A stretch of DNA of 64,000 nt from Chiloscyllium plagiosum (GCF_004010195.1 NC_057719.1:18257438-18321437), one strand, 5' to 3'; positions 22,713 through 36,972 are shown, counted from the stretch's first letter. A program made the numbers and translations. Notes: a model not told the origin generated them from the sequence alone.

Positions 22713-25543
22713 AGCACTTCTGGACATATCCAAAAGTTTAACTTCAAACTGCTCATTGTTTCAGTCAATTAAATGAATCCATGCTAAAGTTGGTTACTAA
22801 ACTCTTCCTTGCCAAGTTACAAACTTGTGATGTGTTAAACAAAACGTCCTGCTTGTTTCTGATCCATAGTTTCAGAAATGCTGGGCTTTAAACTTCCGCT
22901 TCAGCTTGCTATTTCCCCTCCTGAAGAAGGGACTGGGTGCAAGGTTATGGCTGTACAAGCATAGGAGTGGGATTTCTCCCCTCAATCACTGTTTCAATAT
23001 CAAATACAAAAGGCAAACACCTCACATGCCTGTCACACTTGGAGCATCACATTTTGAGGTGTCAAAAGACGGTAATAAGGCTGTGATTTCAAGCTGGTTT
23101 CCTCTGACTTGTAGCCAAAAATTTACAAGCACCTGCCCATCTGAAAAATTCCCTTATCAATGGCAATTACCCTCTAATTGACCTCTCATTAAACCTATTT
23201 TAAACACAGCTCCACATTACACAATGTAAAACTCCTGTTGATTTATCTAGCCATACTGTGCTGGAGGAGATCAACCCATAATAAAATTCATATTAATGTG
23301 TATCCAATATGCTAAAGCTGTCCTCTGCTTTGTAAAATCACTTTTTAGAAAGTTCTGGTAAATCAACCATGCCTTTATCCTCATTTCTTTAATATATGCA
23401 TGAAGAGGGTGTCTTGTCTTGTACCAGGTAATTCATTAGGATGGCTATCGAGAGTGCAAGTTTTATCTATTCAATATTTGTTATAGTTTCTCTTAAGTAT
23501 ACTACATAATGGGCCCTATATTCAGAGGAGTAGTAATTTTACCACCTAAATTACACTTTCCTATCATTTTTCTATGGCTAAGCAGATACTGCATCATTCT
23601 CATTGTTAATGAATTCCAATTGTTCTATAAATCCCCACAGTTTGATATGCAGCTGAAGTTATATGGCAGATTTGTGACCAAATATTTCTCTTATAAAGTA
23701 GTAATATTAAACTGTATTCAAAAAAAGCCTTAATTGCACACATTCAGTGCTCAAAAAAACTGATTTAGCATCATCACTGGCCTTAATCTAGTTTATTATA
23801 CCCTTTAATTTTTGGCTTTGTTGGTAATTTATTGCATAGGTGGTAATGTATAATACTTGTGATTAATTCACCACCCACAACTCAACTTCAGAGCAATAAT
23901 GGTTAACGTACATTTAAGGTTCAAAGCACAATTTGCAGCGAGTATTTCTGCAGAAGGACATCTCTGTTCCCTTTTCCATTCTGATTGAGTCACATGTGGG
24001 ATCATTTTTTTGACACCATTTTGTTTTTCTGTAAGTCTTATCTTGTCTTATTGTTTCGCTGAGTTACACAGAATGTGAGTGGAGGTGGTCAAGGACATAA
24101 AGACACGTTGATGCGGTAAGACAAAGAGAGGGACACTGCATATTGCAGTAGGTTATACAGACAGGGACCAAGAGTTACATGAAGATTGGTATGTGGAGGA
24201 AGGCAGATAAAGGGCAGAAACATAAATAATGTTACTAGTTAGAGGGTGCAGAGATGGGTTGAAAGGGAAGGAGAAAAAGAGACAGAAGAACAAGGATTCT
24301 AAAGAAAGCAAATCAACACAGAAAGCGACAGACACCAAGGATAGGGATGGGCATAAACATCAGGACATTGAAAAATGCAGAGTTCAATTCAATGCTGGTG
24401 TTGAAATAGGTAAGCATGGCAACTATTATAGAAACAAACAGATCTCGGGTCAAATGCAACACAAGGATTTTGGACATGATTTGATGATTAGTTTAGAGAA
24501 AAGAGAAATGCCAAACAGGGCCATAAAAGGTGTGGAGAGGCACATATAGGAAACAAAAGACAATGAGAGACAATTCAGATAGTTACACACTGTAGGTCAG
24601 AAAAATGGAATGGAAATCATATCAGTCTTGCATGGCATTCATCTGCTACTTGAAAGATTTCAGGCCATTCCATCTGCCTACGTGTGGCATCGGTACAGGT
24701 AACCTTTGATCTTGTCAGGATATTTATTGTCTGGAGACTGGCACCCTTTATGCATGTGTCAATGTGTATGTAAGTCTGCTGGTGAAATAAAAACAGCACT
24801 GAATCTATAGATTCTACTAGCACCAGCGTTTCAGCTTATGCTACTTTTTAAAGGTACTTTAAACCACCCTTCTTATTTTCTTGGTTTCCCAGGAAATGGA
24901 CAACACTTATTATTCTTTCCTGTCAAGATGATGATAAACCCTGCTGTATTTGAATAGCCACTCAGAAGATTAACAGTAAAGTATCACTAAAATGGATTAG
25001 CTTTATATCTTCTGCGTTACCTAAGGCTGGAAACTTGAGTATGCATTTTTCTGAACTTAATTTCTTTAATGTTTTATTTGCTGTCAAGTCTTTCTCAAAA
25101 GAAGCATGCTTCATCATCATACTAGGCTGCAAAACATCATTATTGCATTGAGCCTAGTCTGATTGCACAACCAATTTAACCAAACTTCTCAATTGATTGG
25201 TTTCTTCCCTGGATGGGGGATCATTTTTCATTGATGACTTGGCCATCAGGATATTATTAACTTTTCCAAGTCAAAATGTTGATCTAAAGTCACTCCTGAC
25301 TTATTCTGCTTCATACCTCAACCTAAACAACACCTGACTTTTAATCCTAAATTTCCTCTTTCTTTTCTTGATCATATATTGCTCAAAGTCTGTCGAAACT
25401 TCTCATAAAAAAGTCATGACGTGGATCATAAAAGCGCCTGTTAGTTTCTCTTTGTAGAACACTACTGATTGTGCTTTGAATTGAATACAAACTACTTTCA
25501 GCAAGATGGACTGAACTGAGAATATCATATTCTTGTGACATCA

Positions 25544-25815
25544 ATCATAGAATCCCTACAGTGTGGAAGCAGGCCATTTGGCCCATCAAGTCTACACCAA
25601 CCCTCTGAACAGCATCCCTGTAACCCTGCATTTTCTATGGCCAATCCACCTAACCTGCACATCTTTGGACTGTGAGAGGAAACTAGAGCACCTGAGGAAA
25701 CCCACGCAGACATGGAGAGAATGTGCAAACTCCACAAAGATTATCAGCCGTGGCTGGAATTGAACCTGGGTCCCTAATGCTGTGAGGCAGTAGTGCTAAC
25801 CACTGAGCCACCGTG
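25544..25815 (-). mobile_element. HE1-type V-SINE
   Basis: Homologous to 59207-59528; A-box-like TGGCTCAGTGG, B-box GGTTCAATTCC, V-domain gtttgcacattctc. Confidence 0.9.
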
Positions 25816-25907
25816 CTAACCCTTTATAGGTTCAACTCGTAAACCTACATATTTCTCCTTTAGGAAGGTCATAGTCCATGCCAATATATCTACTATATTT
25901 TTCCATT

Positions 25908-27348
25908 GATCACAGAGTCAAAGAGTCCCACAGCATAGAAACAGATGCTTCAGTTCAACTAGCCCACAGTGATCATGTTCCCATACTGAACTAGCCCTAC
26001 TTGCTTGTGTTTGGCCCATATCTCTTCAAATCTTTCCTATTTATGCACTTATCCAAATGTCTTTCAAATATTGTAACTGTATCGACATTGATCACTTCCT
26101 CCAGCAGTAAACAAGTTACCTCTCATGTCCTTTTTAAAACTTTCTCCTCTCACTTTAAAAATATGTCTCCTACCTTTGAATTCCCTTGCTATTCACCTTA
26201 TCTATGCTCCTCATGATTTATTAAGTATCTATAAGGTTACCCCTCAACCTTCTATGCTCCAGTGAAAAAGTCCCCACCTATCCAGTCTATCGTTATAATT
26301 CAAACTCTCTATTCCCAGTAATATGTTGGCAAATCTTTTCTGAACCCTTTTCAATTTAGTTATGTCTTTCCTATAGCAGATGAGCAGAACTGCACATAGC
26401 ACTCCAATGTCCTGTACAACCTCAACATGACATCCCAACTCCTATACTCAGAGGTATGAGCATGAAGGCAAGCGTGCCAAACACCTTCTTAAACACTCTG
26501 TCTATTTGTGATGCAAATTTCAAAGAATTATGTACCTGAACCCCAAGGTCTCTCTGTTCTACAACATTACCCAGGGCCCTACTAATAATTGTATGTCACT
26601 TTCTTGTTTGTTTGACCAAAATGCAATACAAGGCATTTATCCAAATTAACCTCCATATGCCGCTCCTCAGCCTATTGACCCAATTACAGTCATAGAGTCA
26701 TAGAGATGTACAGCATGGAAGCAGACTCTTTGGTCCAACTCGTCCATGACGACCTAACCTAATCTAGTCCCATTTGCCAGCATGTGGGCCATATCCCTCT
26801 AAACACTTCTTCATCATATACTCATCCGGATGCCTTTTAAATGCTGTAATTGTACCAGCCTCCACCACTTCCTCTGGCAGCTCATTCTATACACGCATCA
26901 CTCTTTGCGTGAAAAGGTTGCCCCTTTGGTCCCTTTTAAATTTTTCCCCTCTCACCCTAAATATATGCCCTCTAGTTCTGGACTCCCCCACCCCAGGGAA
27001 AAGACCTTGTCCCTCATGCCCCTCATGACTTTATAAACCTCTATAAGGTCACCTCTCAGCATCTGATGGTCCAGGGAAAACAGCCCCAGCCTATTCAGCC
27101 TCTCCCAGTAGCTCAAATCCTCCAACCCTGCAACATCCTTGTAAATCTTAATTTATCAAGGTCGCTTTGTGATTCCAGATGACCTTTTTCACTGTCCACT
27201 ATACGACTAATTTTGCTGTCATCTGTAAACTCACTAACCATGGCTCCTATATTCTCATCAAATTTGTTTATATAAATGACAAACAAAAGTGGACCCAGTA
27301 CCAATCTCTGTGGACCCAGTACCAATCTCTGTGGACCCAGTACCAATC
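25908..27348 (-). mobile_element. CR1 3' fragment with a second CR1 (26687-27149) nested in the same orientation
   Basis: Two successive CR1 tails (agagtcaaagagtc; agtcatagagtcatagag). The outer element resumes at aatttatcaagg and encodes LGPLLFVIYINKFDEN...EFTDDSKI. Confidence 0.9.
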
Positions 27349-27629
27349 AATAAAGGTCAACATCACAAAACTTCAGTGGGAATTTGCATCCCAGCATTTT
27401 ACATTGCATTTCAGACACTTAGCTAACAACTAATTAAAATTTCAATCTTCTGTCTGAAAAAAAACATAATTTCTAATCTCTTTTAGGCAACCATTGTCTG
27501 TGACCAACACCAACTCAGATCTAAATCTGTGGGGGAGGTAGAACTCAAGACATTTTTCTCCTAGTAGATTGTGTTTATTGACTACTCAGTCATCCGACTC
27601 TTCCCACACCCAATACCATCTATTCCCTC

Positions 27630-27955
27630 TTGATATTTATAGTCATTAAGTCTAGAACTCAGGGAACATAGTCTAAGAATTAGAGCCAGATCGTTCAGGA
27701 GAGATGTTAGGAAACATCTCTACACAGAACAGTAAGTAGATGTTTGGAACTCTCTTCCATAAACAGCTGTGGATGTTGGATCAGCTGTTAATTTTAAATC
27801 TGAGATAGATAATATTTTTGCTCAGCAAAGCTGTTAAAGGATATGGGGCAAAGGCAGATATATGGATTTAGTTCACGGATCCATCATGATCTTATTGAAT
27901 GGTAGAACAGATTCAAGAGGCTGAATGGCCTAGTCCTGTTCTTATGTTTCTATGT
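27630..27955 (+). mobile_element. CR1 3' fragment
   Basis: Ends gctgaatggcctagtcctgttcttatgtttctatgt. Confidence 0.8.
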
Positions 27956-28879
27956 AATAATCAATTAATTCCAGCCAGTAGCATCAACTGTTCTATACTG
28001 GCAATGTAGTAGGTATCATAATGGGAACATCTTGGAAGTCAATTAGAGACAACTGAACTGGAAAATTGGTGCTGGTCAAACACTAGCTAAGACTAATAGC
28101 TGGTCACTGTCCAGCAAGCCTCTATCATGGTGCTCATTCTACCCTGAAAGGAGATCAGGCTTGGATCCAAGGCTGGGCCCAAATATGGATCCCAATTTCA
28201 CTGCTCCAATGACATTTATGCTGAATTCTTTATAATTAGAGAAGCCAAGGATGAAGAAGTACCTGAGGTGTGATTTCTCTCCTCTGCTGCTCTCCTCCTT
28301 CTGATATTACATGCCATTTTGGGACAGGTGGAGGTTTTGTCTTAAATAGATACCAATGCAAATCCAAAATGCTGAACTGGAATTTGACTTATTTCAGTAT
28401 TCCAAGAAATTGTGTCTCTTTGGTATCTTTGTGGGAGACTCAGAGTTTGGAACATTAAATTATAATCTCTCTGATCTGGTTTAAATCTCGTCTGGACTGA
28501 TGCGATCAAGGCTTGGCCTGGCTCTTCAATTTATGTTGAACTTGTTTCAACCATGCTCCATGTTGATTTTGGATGTGGTAAGTTCTTTTTCATTTTGCAA
28601 ACTAGCATGGGAACTGGGAAATTGTTAGAATGACCCAGAAGATTTCTGCTGAGAGTTGGCACTTTTTGAATGAGAAAATTTGCTGAGAGAGAGGAGAGGG
28701 AGAGAGCCTCATTCTGCATTTTACCAACTTATACTTGATCTGGGAATGCGTGATGCTGATAACGTGTCCAAAATGAAAAGCATTTTATTGTTTGATACTT
28801 GACATACCTTCATGAACATAACATGAAAGAAGGAAAAGTTAAACTAAGCCAGAGAGCTTTTTAAATGTTTACATTGGAT

Positions 28880-29697
28880 GTAGAACGTAGAATACAGAAC
28901 ATAGAAGAGTACAGCAGAGTATAGGCCCTTCAGCCCTCGATGTTGTGCTGACCTTTTATCCTACTCTATGATCAGACTAACCTACATACCCTTCACATCC
29001 ATGTGTCTATCCAAGAATCAAGAATTGCTTAAATGTCCCTAATGTATTTGTCTCTACTATCACTACTGGCAGTACATTCTACGCACCACCACTCTCTGCG
29101 TTAAGAAGCTACCTCTGATATCTCCCCTAAACTTTCCTCCACTCATTTAAAAAAGTATGTTCCCTCATGATAGATATTTCTACCATGGGAAAAAGTCTCT
29201 GGCTATCTACTCTATTTATGCCTCTCATCATCTTGTACACCTCTATCAAGTCATGTCTCATCCTTCTTGAGATGAGAAAAGCCCTAGCTCCCTCAGCCTT
29301 TCTTCATAAGACATGCCCTCCAGTCCAAGCAGCATCCTGGTAAGTCCCCTCTGCATCCTCCCGAAAGCATCCACATCCTTCTTATAATGAGGCGACCAGA
29401 ACTGAATACATTATTCCAAGTGTGGTCAAACCAGGACTCTTTAGAGCTGCAACATGACCTTGCGGCTCTTAAACTTAATCCCCCGCTAATGAAAGCCAAC
29501 ACACCATATGCTTTCTTAACAACCCTATCAACTTGGGTGGCAATTTTGAAGGATCAATGGACGAGGACCCCTCTGTTTATCCACACTGCCAAGAATCCTG
29601 CCTTTAACCCTGAATTCTACATTCAAATTCGACTTTCCAAAGTGAATCTCTTCACACTTTTCCAGGTTGAACTTCAGCGTTTGCTGCCCATCTCTAA
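28880..29697 (-). mobile_element. CR1 3' fragment (same subfamily as 906-3263)
   Basis: (catagaa)-type tail; MLAFISGGLSLRAA matches the 2690-2730 region. Confidence 0.9.
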
Positions 29698-29934
29698 TTG
29701 TCCCTGAGAAGTGATGGCGAGCAGTCTACTTGAACTACTGCACTGCCATTCAATAAGATTACAGCTGACCTGCTCTGAATCTCAACTCCACACTCCTGTC
29801 TGCTACACATCACCCTTGACTCCTTTTCCTTTTCTATCTAATTCAGTCTTGAATGAAATCAATGACCCAAACTTTACTGCTTTCTGAGGAAGAGAATCGT
29901 ACAGAGTAGCAACCACAGTCCTACCTTCTGGAAC

Positions 29935-30138
29935 AGTAAGAATCTGAGGAAGGAGGCCATTCAGCCCATCAAATCCACATTAATCCTCCCAATACCACAG
30001 CTAATCCACCTAACATACTCATCTTTGGACAAAAGCCAGTGCAAACTCCACACAGGCAGTTACTAGAGGTTGGAATTGAACCCAGATCCCCAGTACAGCG
30101 AGACAGTAGTGCTAACCACTGTGACACCATGTCTCCCA
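29935..30138 (-). mobile_element. Degenerate, internally deleted HE1-type SINE
   Basis: tgcaaactccacacaggcag...ggaattgaacccagatccc...gtgctaaccactgtgacaccatg. Confidence 0.8.
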
Positions 30139-31807
30139 CAAGGCTAAGCTGTAAATTTATGGAACCAAGTTCATAATGCATAATCATTATTCACTTCTAT
30201 TTAGAGTGGGATCCTATCCTCTCTGGAGGATAAATTAGTTTAAACCGGACACATTTTGATGCAGGTTTAACAAAAGCACAGTAAACAACAGAAAACACTT
30301 TTGGAATGGAAGCACTGGGGAGATCTTGACTTTGTGAGATTACATAAATTGGCTAATACTGAAACAGTGAGATGGTAGGCTGTTGACACCTCAACAGTGA
30401 AAATAAAAATCTGGTGAGTTATAAAACAGGTTGCCCACTCACTATTACCAGAATCATGCAGTCAAAACCTACGCCATTCTGCTTAAAAGTGAAGTATATT
30501 TTAAGAAATCACACACAATTCTCAATGCTTTCAATGAAGCCAATAAGTGAGCATTGTGTTTTAAGATTAAAGACTGCAACGTCTTGCTATCGTACGGTAG
30601 TTAGTGGGACGAACATTCATGTTAAAAAGAAATTGCCCTTATCCCAGGTCAAACAATTCTTGACAGGAATTGAAAGAAGAAGCGGACAGTGAGTCACCCT
30701 CTCCCTGGGGGCTAGAGTTTAGCAGTTGAAGGTTGCTGGTGTAGGTGAAGGTCAGCTGCCCATGCTCTCACACAGGAAATGATGCATTCATTCATAGGAA
30801 AATCTGAAGCCATTGAGGGACAGAACAAGAAAGATAGCAATTTTATTGACTTTACTGAGATCTTTGTTTCAAGACAGATTTAGACTTGTTTTTACTTTCT
30901 TTCACAATATTTACTGAAGAGAGAGTAATGCATTTATAGATATGCACTTATAATGGTATGCCTTGATAAGTCGATTCTAGAAAATCACATGCAGTGTTTG
31001 AAATGCAAAAATAAAATTGGTCCAGTTGCAACACTTCAGATCAGCACATTTGTTGTCATAGTAACAGACACAATCAGCTTGTGACCTTTGAGACCAAATG
31101 GGTAAAGATTGGATGGATGGCCAAGCAAGTAAAATGAAGGGGTCGGATGAAAGACTGTGTGTGATATGGATCTCAGGCACTCCAGCATTCAGCACACAGG
31201 CTAAAGTATCACATCCAAGAACAGACCGATCAATGCAGGCTTTTTACTGCTTCAAAGAGATCTCATTAATGCTTGAAAGGTGCCTGCACTTGTGCCCTGG
31301 CGACCTATGGGGAACAGACTTAGCAAGCATCTAGTTCAATATTTATGCAGTGGAACAAGAGACGCTCGGATCTTCAAGAAGTACGGCAAGTTTCTGTAAA
31401 GTCAGACATACAAAATGAGAGAAAATAAAAACAATAATCCAAGATTGCGTGAAATTCTAGTTACAATTGTGTTATAAGAAGATGGCATTTGAGGTGTGTT
31501 AACTCACTGAGGTTTCCTGGCATAAAGGTATTGTGACCAGGTTTGAGAAGGCATTACACAAGAGGAGATGATATGATTAGATTCAATGCCCTGCTGTGAA
31601 TTTCGATAATTCGGACCATGCACCACATGTGTCCTTTAGAAGGACAACATACGATATCACAGTAACATACAAAGACAACTTTAAAGATTTCATCATCAGT
31701 TCACTTTACAACTTCAACCTGACTTTTCAACTTACGAGTTATTTTCACAGCAATGGACTAAAACAGAAATAAACCTGATAAGTCCCTCTATAATTGAATG
31801 CATATTT

Positions 31808-31910
31808 TTAACAAACACAGAAAATGCTGGAGAAACTCAGAAAGTCCGAAGGCATCTGCGGAGATAGAAGCAGAATTAATGTTTCAATGCAATATGACTC
31901 TTCTTCAGAA
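31808..31910 (-). mobile_element. PLE-derived family A element, decayed
   Basis: acagaaaatgctggagaaactcag...ttaatgtttcaatgcaatatgactcttcttcagaa. Confidence 0.65.
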
Positions 31911-32530
31911 TGTAAACATTTTTAAGATTGAGAAATACTCTGGCAGATCTCAGATATTACTGAAAATTTGTTTGCCAAATTTTCATTTTTTGTTTGAGGA
32001 AGTGAAGAGCTCAACATCACAATGTTACAATTATATTGAGGGTGGTACCTCACTATTTGTTACTTTCTTTGCAGGCTCGTTGACTCAAGCAGATCTGCCC
32101 CCTTAAGCAATTCCATTCCTTACAAAAGGTGAGTCATTGTCTTGGGTTCAGAACTTGTCCTAATTCTCTGGTCCCAACCGAAGCAGGAAATCATTGCGTG
32201 AAAAGGTGGCAGATGTGGAAACTACCATTACATTTAAAAAACAGTGAACAAACATTTGAGCGGCTTTGCCTTTGTGTGACTAAAACTTGAAAGTAGAATT
32301 AGACCAGATAGCACTTTCTCAACAGTGAGACATGATAGGGCAAACATACTATCAAATTTGCCATGTTTCTGTGCTTCTATCACCAATGCCTTTGGGAATC
32401 AAAACAGTGTAAATGGGTAAAAGTATATATTTAAATTGTTTCTCCAAGGGTTATGTTAATTGTTCACTGAAGTTCTTCCAGGTAATTTTAACAACTTCCA
32501 TATAAATGCATGACCACACTGTCTCAATGT

Positions 32531-32757
32531 CATGATTTGGAGATGCCACTGTTGGACTGGGGTGTACAAAGTTAAAAATCACACAACACCAGGTTATAGT
32601 CCAACAGGTTTAATTGGAAGCACAAGCTTTCAGAGTGCTGCTCCTTCATCAGGTGGTTGTGGAGTAAACAATTGTAAGACACAGAATTTATAGTAAACGT
32701 TTACAGTGTGAGGTAACTGAAATTATACATTAAAAATAATTGTGTTGTTTTTAACCT
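32531..32757 (-). mobile_element. PLE-derived family B element with a short inverted end
   Basis: 11-bp TSD tgtctcaatgt (32520-32530, 32758-32768). Terminal tgtgttgtttttaaccttgt is an imperfect reverse complement of internal acaaagttaaaaatcacaca. Confidence 0.85.
32621..32655 (-). ncRNA. Minimal type-I hammerhead ribozyme motif (family B)
   Basis: CAC-CUGAUGA-A-GGAG-CAGCA-CUCU-GAAA-GCUU-GUG; core intact, G-U wobble at the base of stem II. Confidence 0.7.
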
Positions 32758-35555
32758 TGTCTCAATGTGTTGGTCTTTATCACTGGTTCCTGGTGTTCAG
32801 TTATGTATGGCTGCTCTTTTCTTCTATTTTTTTAGTTTCATCCTGTGTACCATGTGTGTCATTTTTTGATATGATACTCTTTTATTTTGTCTGTGTCATT
32901 ATTTTACATTTCTGCTCTTTCTCTTGCTATCTGCAGCTTATTGACAATTACTTATGGTCAGCTAAATTGAGCAATTCTGAGTCCAAGGAAGGCAATTTGA
33001 AAATCAAGGCATTGTGTCATCAGGAACTAATGCAGCAACAGTGGACTGCTTCAGCTGGTGTGAAGGAGGTAAGAAGGAAACCGTTGCTCTGAATTAAAAT
33101 GATGTTGATGAAAATTTATAAGAAAAAGTCAGCATGGTGTCCAGTCCAGTCTGGGGATATGAACTGATAACAATGTAAAGTTTTGATGCTTAACACCCAT
33201 TAAGAAGCCCAAACCAGATGGCGGTACATTTAATTTCTTCTTTTGTTAATGAACATACACATTGTCCAGGACAATGTTAAAGATGAGAAAGAAATTCTGC
33301 AATAGTTCCCCAGGTTGCCATTGCAACCCAGCTGGAACGCTGTTGGGAGTCCTTGATGGCACAGTACAAATGGTTGGTTTGAGTTACTCATGCTTTTTCT
33401 TTGATGATTCTACCAAAGTTACACTCTGAGAGTGCGTGGAAATTTGCAGAATATTCAGGTGCTGATCTCTAGCTTTTCAATCTCATCTTTGTTGTATTTG
33501 GAGATCTTTAGGAGGCTTGCAGCATAACCTGCAAGAAAGTAATGTTAGACTTGAAATAAAAAACAGCAGCAGATACAGATTTCCTCTGTGTGTGAATTCT
33601 CTGGGGCTGTCGCTGTAAGAGAACCTGTGCAGCAACAGGAAGAGCATGTGAAAATGTAATGAATATTGACAACACATTCCACATTGTAATGTAATATTAG
33701 TAAACTGGAAAGTCTATACAACATTAACCCAATGTCATCAATGACCAGGGTAAGATTGTTCAGTTCTCAGGTACTGGTATCACATTGCTAAAAAAAACAT
33801 CAACAACTTATAAAAAGCCACCAAAAGGTTTTCAGGACGTAGCAAGTCTCAAAACTTTGCAATCCAATTGTCTTCCTCCCAAACAACACTCTTTTTTAAT
33901 CGAATATGGGTTGAAATCACACTGTACACATTAGTAATGAATGTGTTAATATGCTGATATCAAATTCCTCTGTCTGCTATCTTAATGAGGTTTTAAACTG
34001 AATGGTTTATGCCAATTGTTGAGGCATTGTACTAAGGCACATGAGCAATGTAGCATGCTGTTTCCTAATATCAAGCAGCCTGAAGTTAACTCTGTGCATT
34101 TTATTTTTACAGGCATTGAATTTCTCAGCAGAACTTTCCAAAATTTTAATCACTAGAGGTTATGTTGTAGAGTAGGATTTTATTTCATCCTCTAAGAGAT
34201 GGAAGTGATAAAATGAGTGCGAAACACATGTCTTCTGGCAGTTCATAGAAGAATAGAAATTTACATTGGAACTTTCCTCTGGGCTTCTTGTGGTCGGGTG
34301 CCAGAGTCAGCAAATTTGTCAGAGGATTGTTGGAAATCCCTATGGCCTGGAAGGGATTTTAACACTATCCACCCAAGGGAAACCTAGGCTACTTACCTGT
34401 CAGAGAGGTGCCTGGATCCCACATAAATTAAAATAATTTAACCTTGAGCCTTTCTTAGTTTTCATAACCTCTATTATTAGTGGAACTGAGGTAGCCCCCT
34501 CTTAATAAATATATGTGAATGATTTAGCCTACAGGCACCTATCTTTCGAAAGCATGGACATGTGAGATTGGAAAAGTCTCAACTGTGCACAGCTCTTCCG
34601 TTATTTACCTCAATTTTGCAACAACAGAAGTTTTACAGTATATTATTTTAGGTTCTGAAGTAACAAAATCAATCTGGAGGACAATAGTAAATAGACATGT
34701 TATGGTGTGGGGTTGTTAAATGCAACTTCAAACGCATTTAGGAAGAGTATCACATCATCAGCATTTCCACAGCAAGGCATGGATTGCTGTAAATTCATCA
34801 AGCCTCAGAACTAAGCCAACTTATCATATATCAGAGTGGAGGAATAGCAGTTTTAAATACCCTGCCATTTCCAAATGACTCATTATGAGTTTAATAGAAG
34901 GACTTTCACACAATATCTGTCGGCTGGCCTGGAGCTGCTAGTGAAGACTATAGTGTTTGAAATATTACAATCATTGGGAGCCTAATCACATTTATTATTT
35001 TTTCCTTTTTGATGAGACTTAAATGAGCTGCATGTTCTATTTCTATTTAATGAAATGCAAATCAGGCTTTGTTCATTCCTCAAAAAAGCATACTTGAATT
35101 AATTGAGACAAATCACAAATCCAACCAACAGCACTTCCCTTAGCCGAGTCAATCTTTCCTGAAAGATCCTCTCTCCTCTTCCCATTTTGTTCTCTCTGAG
35201 AGTCAGCAAACTACAGGTAGGCTGTCCATCATGCCTATCATCATACCAGGCCTTTTCAAGGTTTTGACATCAGGCTGCAACTGAATGGAAACCCATTTAC
35301 TGCCTTACCTGAGTAGATGTGTGCACTTCGTACATGTTTTGTACAAAAGATTTTTTTTAACATTTCTCTTGAATATTGCTGGAAAATAAACATTTTTTCT
35401 GAAGCTTTTGTCTTGTTGCACTCGTGAGAAGCAGTGGAAAAAATGCCAAATCTCTAATGATCGCGATAATTTACAGCATAGGAAGAAAAGTATCCTGTCA
35501 TCATGTCATTGGATGCTTCAAGAAAAAGTGCAAGGCTCAAACATAATCCTTCTAT

Positions 35556-35777
35556 GGATGTAGGTTTGCTCAGTGAGCTGGAAGGTTCATCTTCAGGCGT
35601 TTCGTCGCCATTTTAGGTAACATCATCAGTGAGAGCCTCAGGAGCTTCATCCAGGGGCTCACTAAAGATGTCACCTAGTATGGTAACGAAACGTCAGAAA
35701 ATGAACCTTCCAGCTTTGCGAGCAAACTTACATCCAGAACCTGAACCTGAGCTACAAATCTTCTCAAAACTCGTGAT
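35556..35777. mobile_element. PLE-derived family D fold-back element with a hammerhead in each arm
   Basis: 79-bp arms at 35555-35633 and 35658-35736, 24-bp spacer, unpaired tail; degenerate TSD taatccttctat/tagtctttctat. Confidence 0.85.
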
Positions 35778-36972
35778 TAGTCTTTCTATTTCCATGCAAT
35801 GTGTCCACGTGTAGGAATATATGTCCCTTCTATTAAATGTAAATGAACCATGTTACAACCTTGACTGGTTGTTAACAAATCTGAAATTGGTTGATAACAA
35901 GTACTATTCCTAAAGTATGTATTTTTAATTAACTATTCAGATGTGTTACAACACACCTTTGGCGCAGGTGAGATTTGAACCCAGGTTTTCTGGTCCAGAG
36001 GTAGGGACATTTCCACTCCATAATAATGACCATCTAGTATTACTGTTAACAACACTAACAACTGAAATTAACTGGACTTATAGCTCCCATTGTTATCATG
36101 ACAACGCCTTGGCCGTTGAGAGTGGTCATGCCAACCACTCAGGAATCCTTTGCTCCTTAGTATATATTGTTGTGATTGTTTAAACATTGGCATTCTTATG
36201 TTTGTCCTGAAGAGTGCAAGCAAAATATCTCTCTTTTCAGCAGTAATCAAAACTTACTCATGAGCTCAAAAATGGAGGGATTACTCGACTCAACCAATAC
36301 CAATTTCAGTAGGGGATCACTAAGATCACTGTTACAGCTAATAAGCAAATGTTTTCTATTATGTCCTGTGAACAAGAGAGGCATTTTTAATTTTTAAAGA
36401 GTCTTGATTGTTCAGAAATATCACTGCTTGCACATGACATCATCTTAACATATATAACGTGCTTGCTTCGCCACAACTAATTGATGTTCATTTTGAGTGT
36501 CTCAGCTCCTTCGACTTGAAATCATTTTCTTCTGAACACAATTTCCACTGTAGTGTTTTGGTACAGAGCTATCATCATTGATATGATTTAGAAAGTTCAA
36601 CATTGCATCATTATTATTTCCTAAGAAATTCTGCTGTACAAGCTATACAAAAAGAGATGGACTGCCAGATTACCATAACTCAGATATTTATCACCTACTT
36701 GGACACGAGAGGTTAGACACCTTTGTTCACCATGAGTTAAAAGAAAACAGGTTATTATTTATTTTAATCACATATTTTAACCTGGTTTCTTGTTCTGTTT
36801 CCAGTGATTCAGCTTGTCTTCTTGCTGGCTATTGGCAAGAAATTAAAGCTGTGACATTCAAAACATGTCCTCCTACACATACATGTGGCTAATTTCTTGT
36901 AAAAACATTTGGCATGTCTGAAGCAAATAAAAATCCATACTTAGTCAACTCAAACCTTTAACATTTGTCCAA

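Noticed and set aside
27289..27348. CRISPR-like direct repeats
   Set aside because: No spacers, eukaryotic context, and the unit is CR1 coding sequence.
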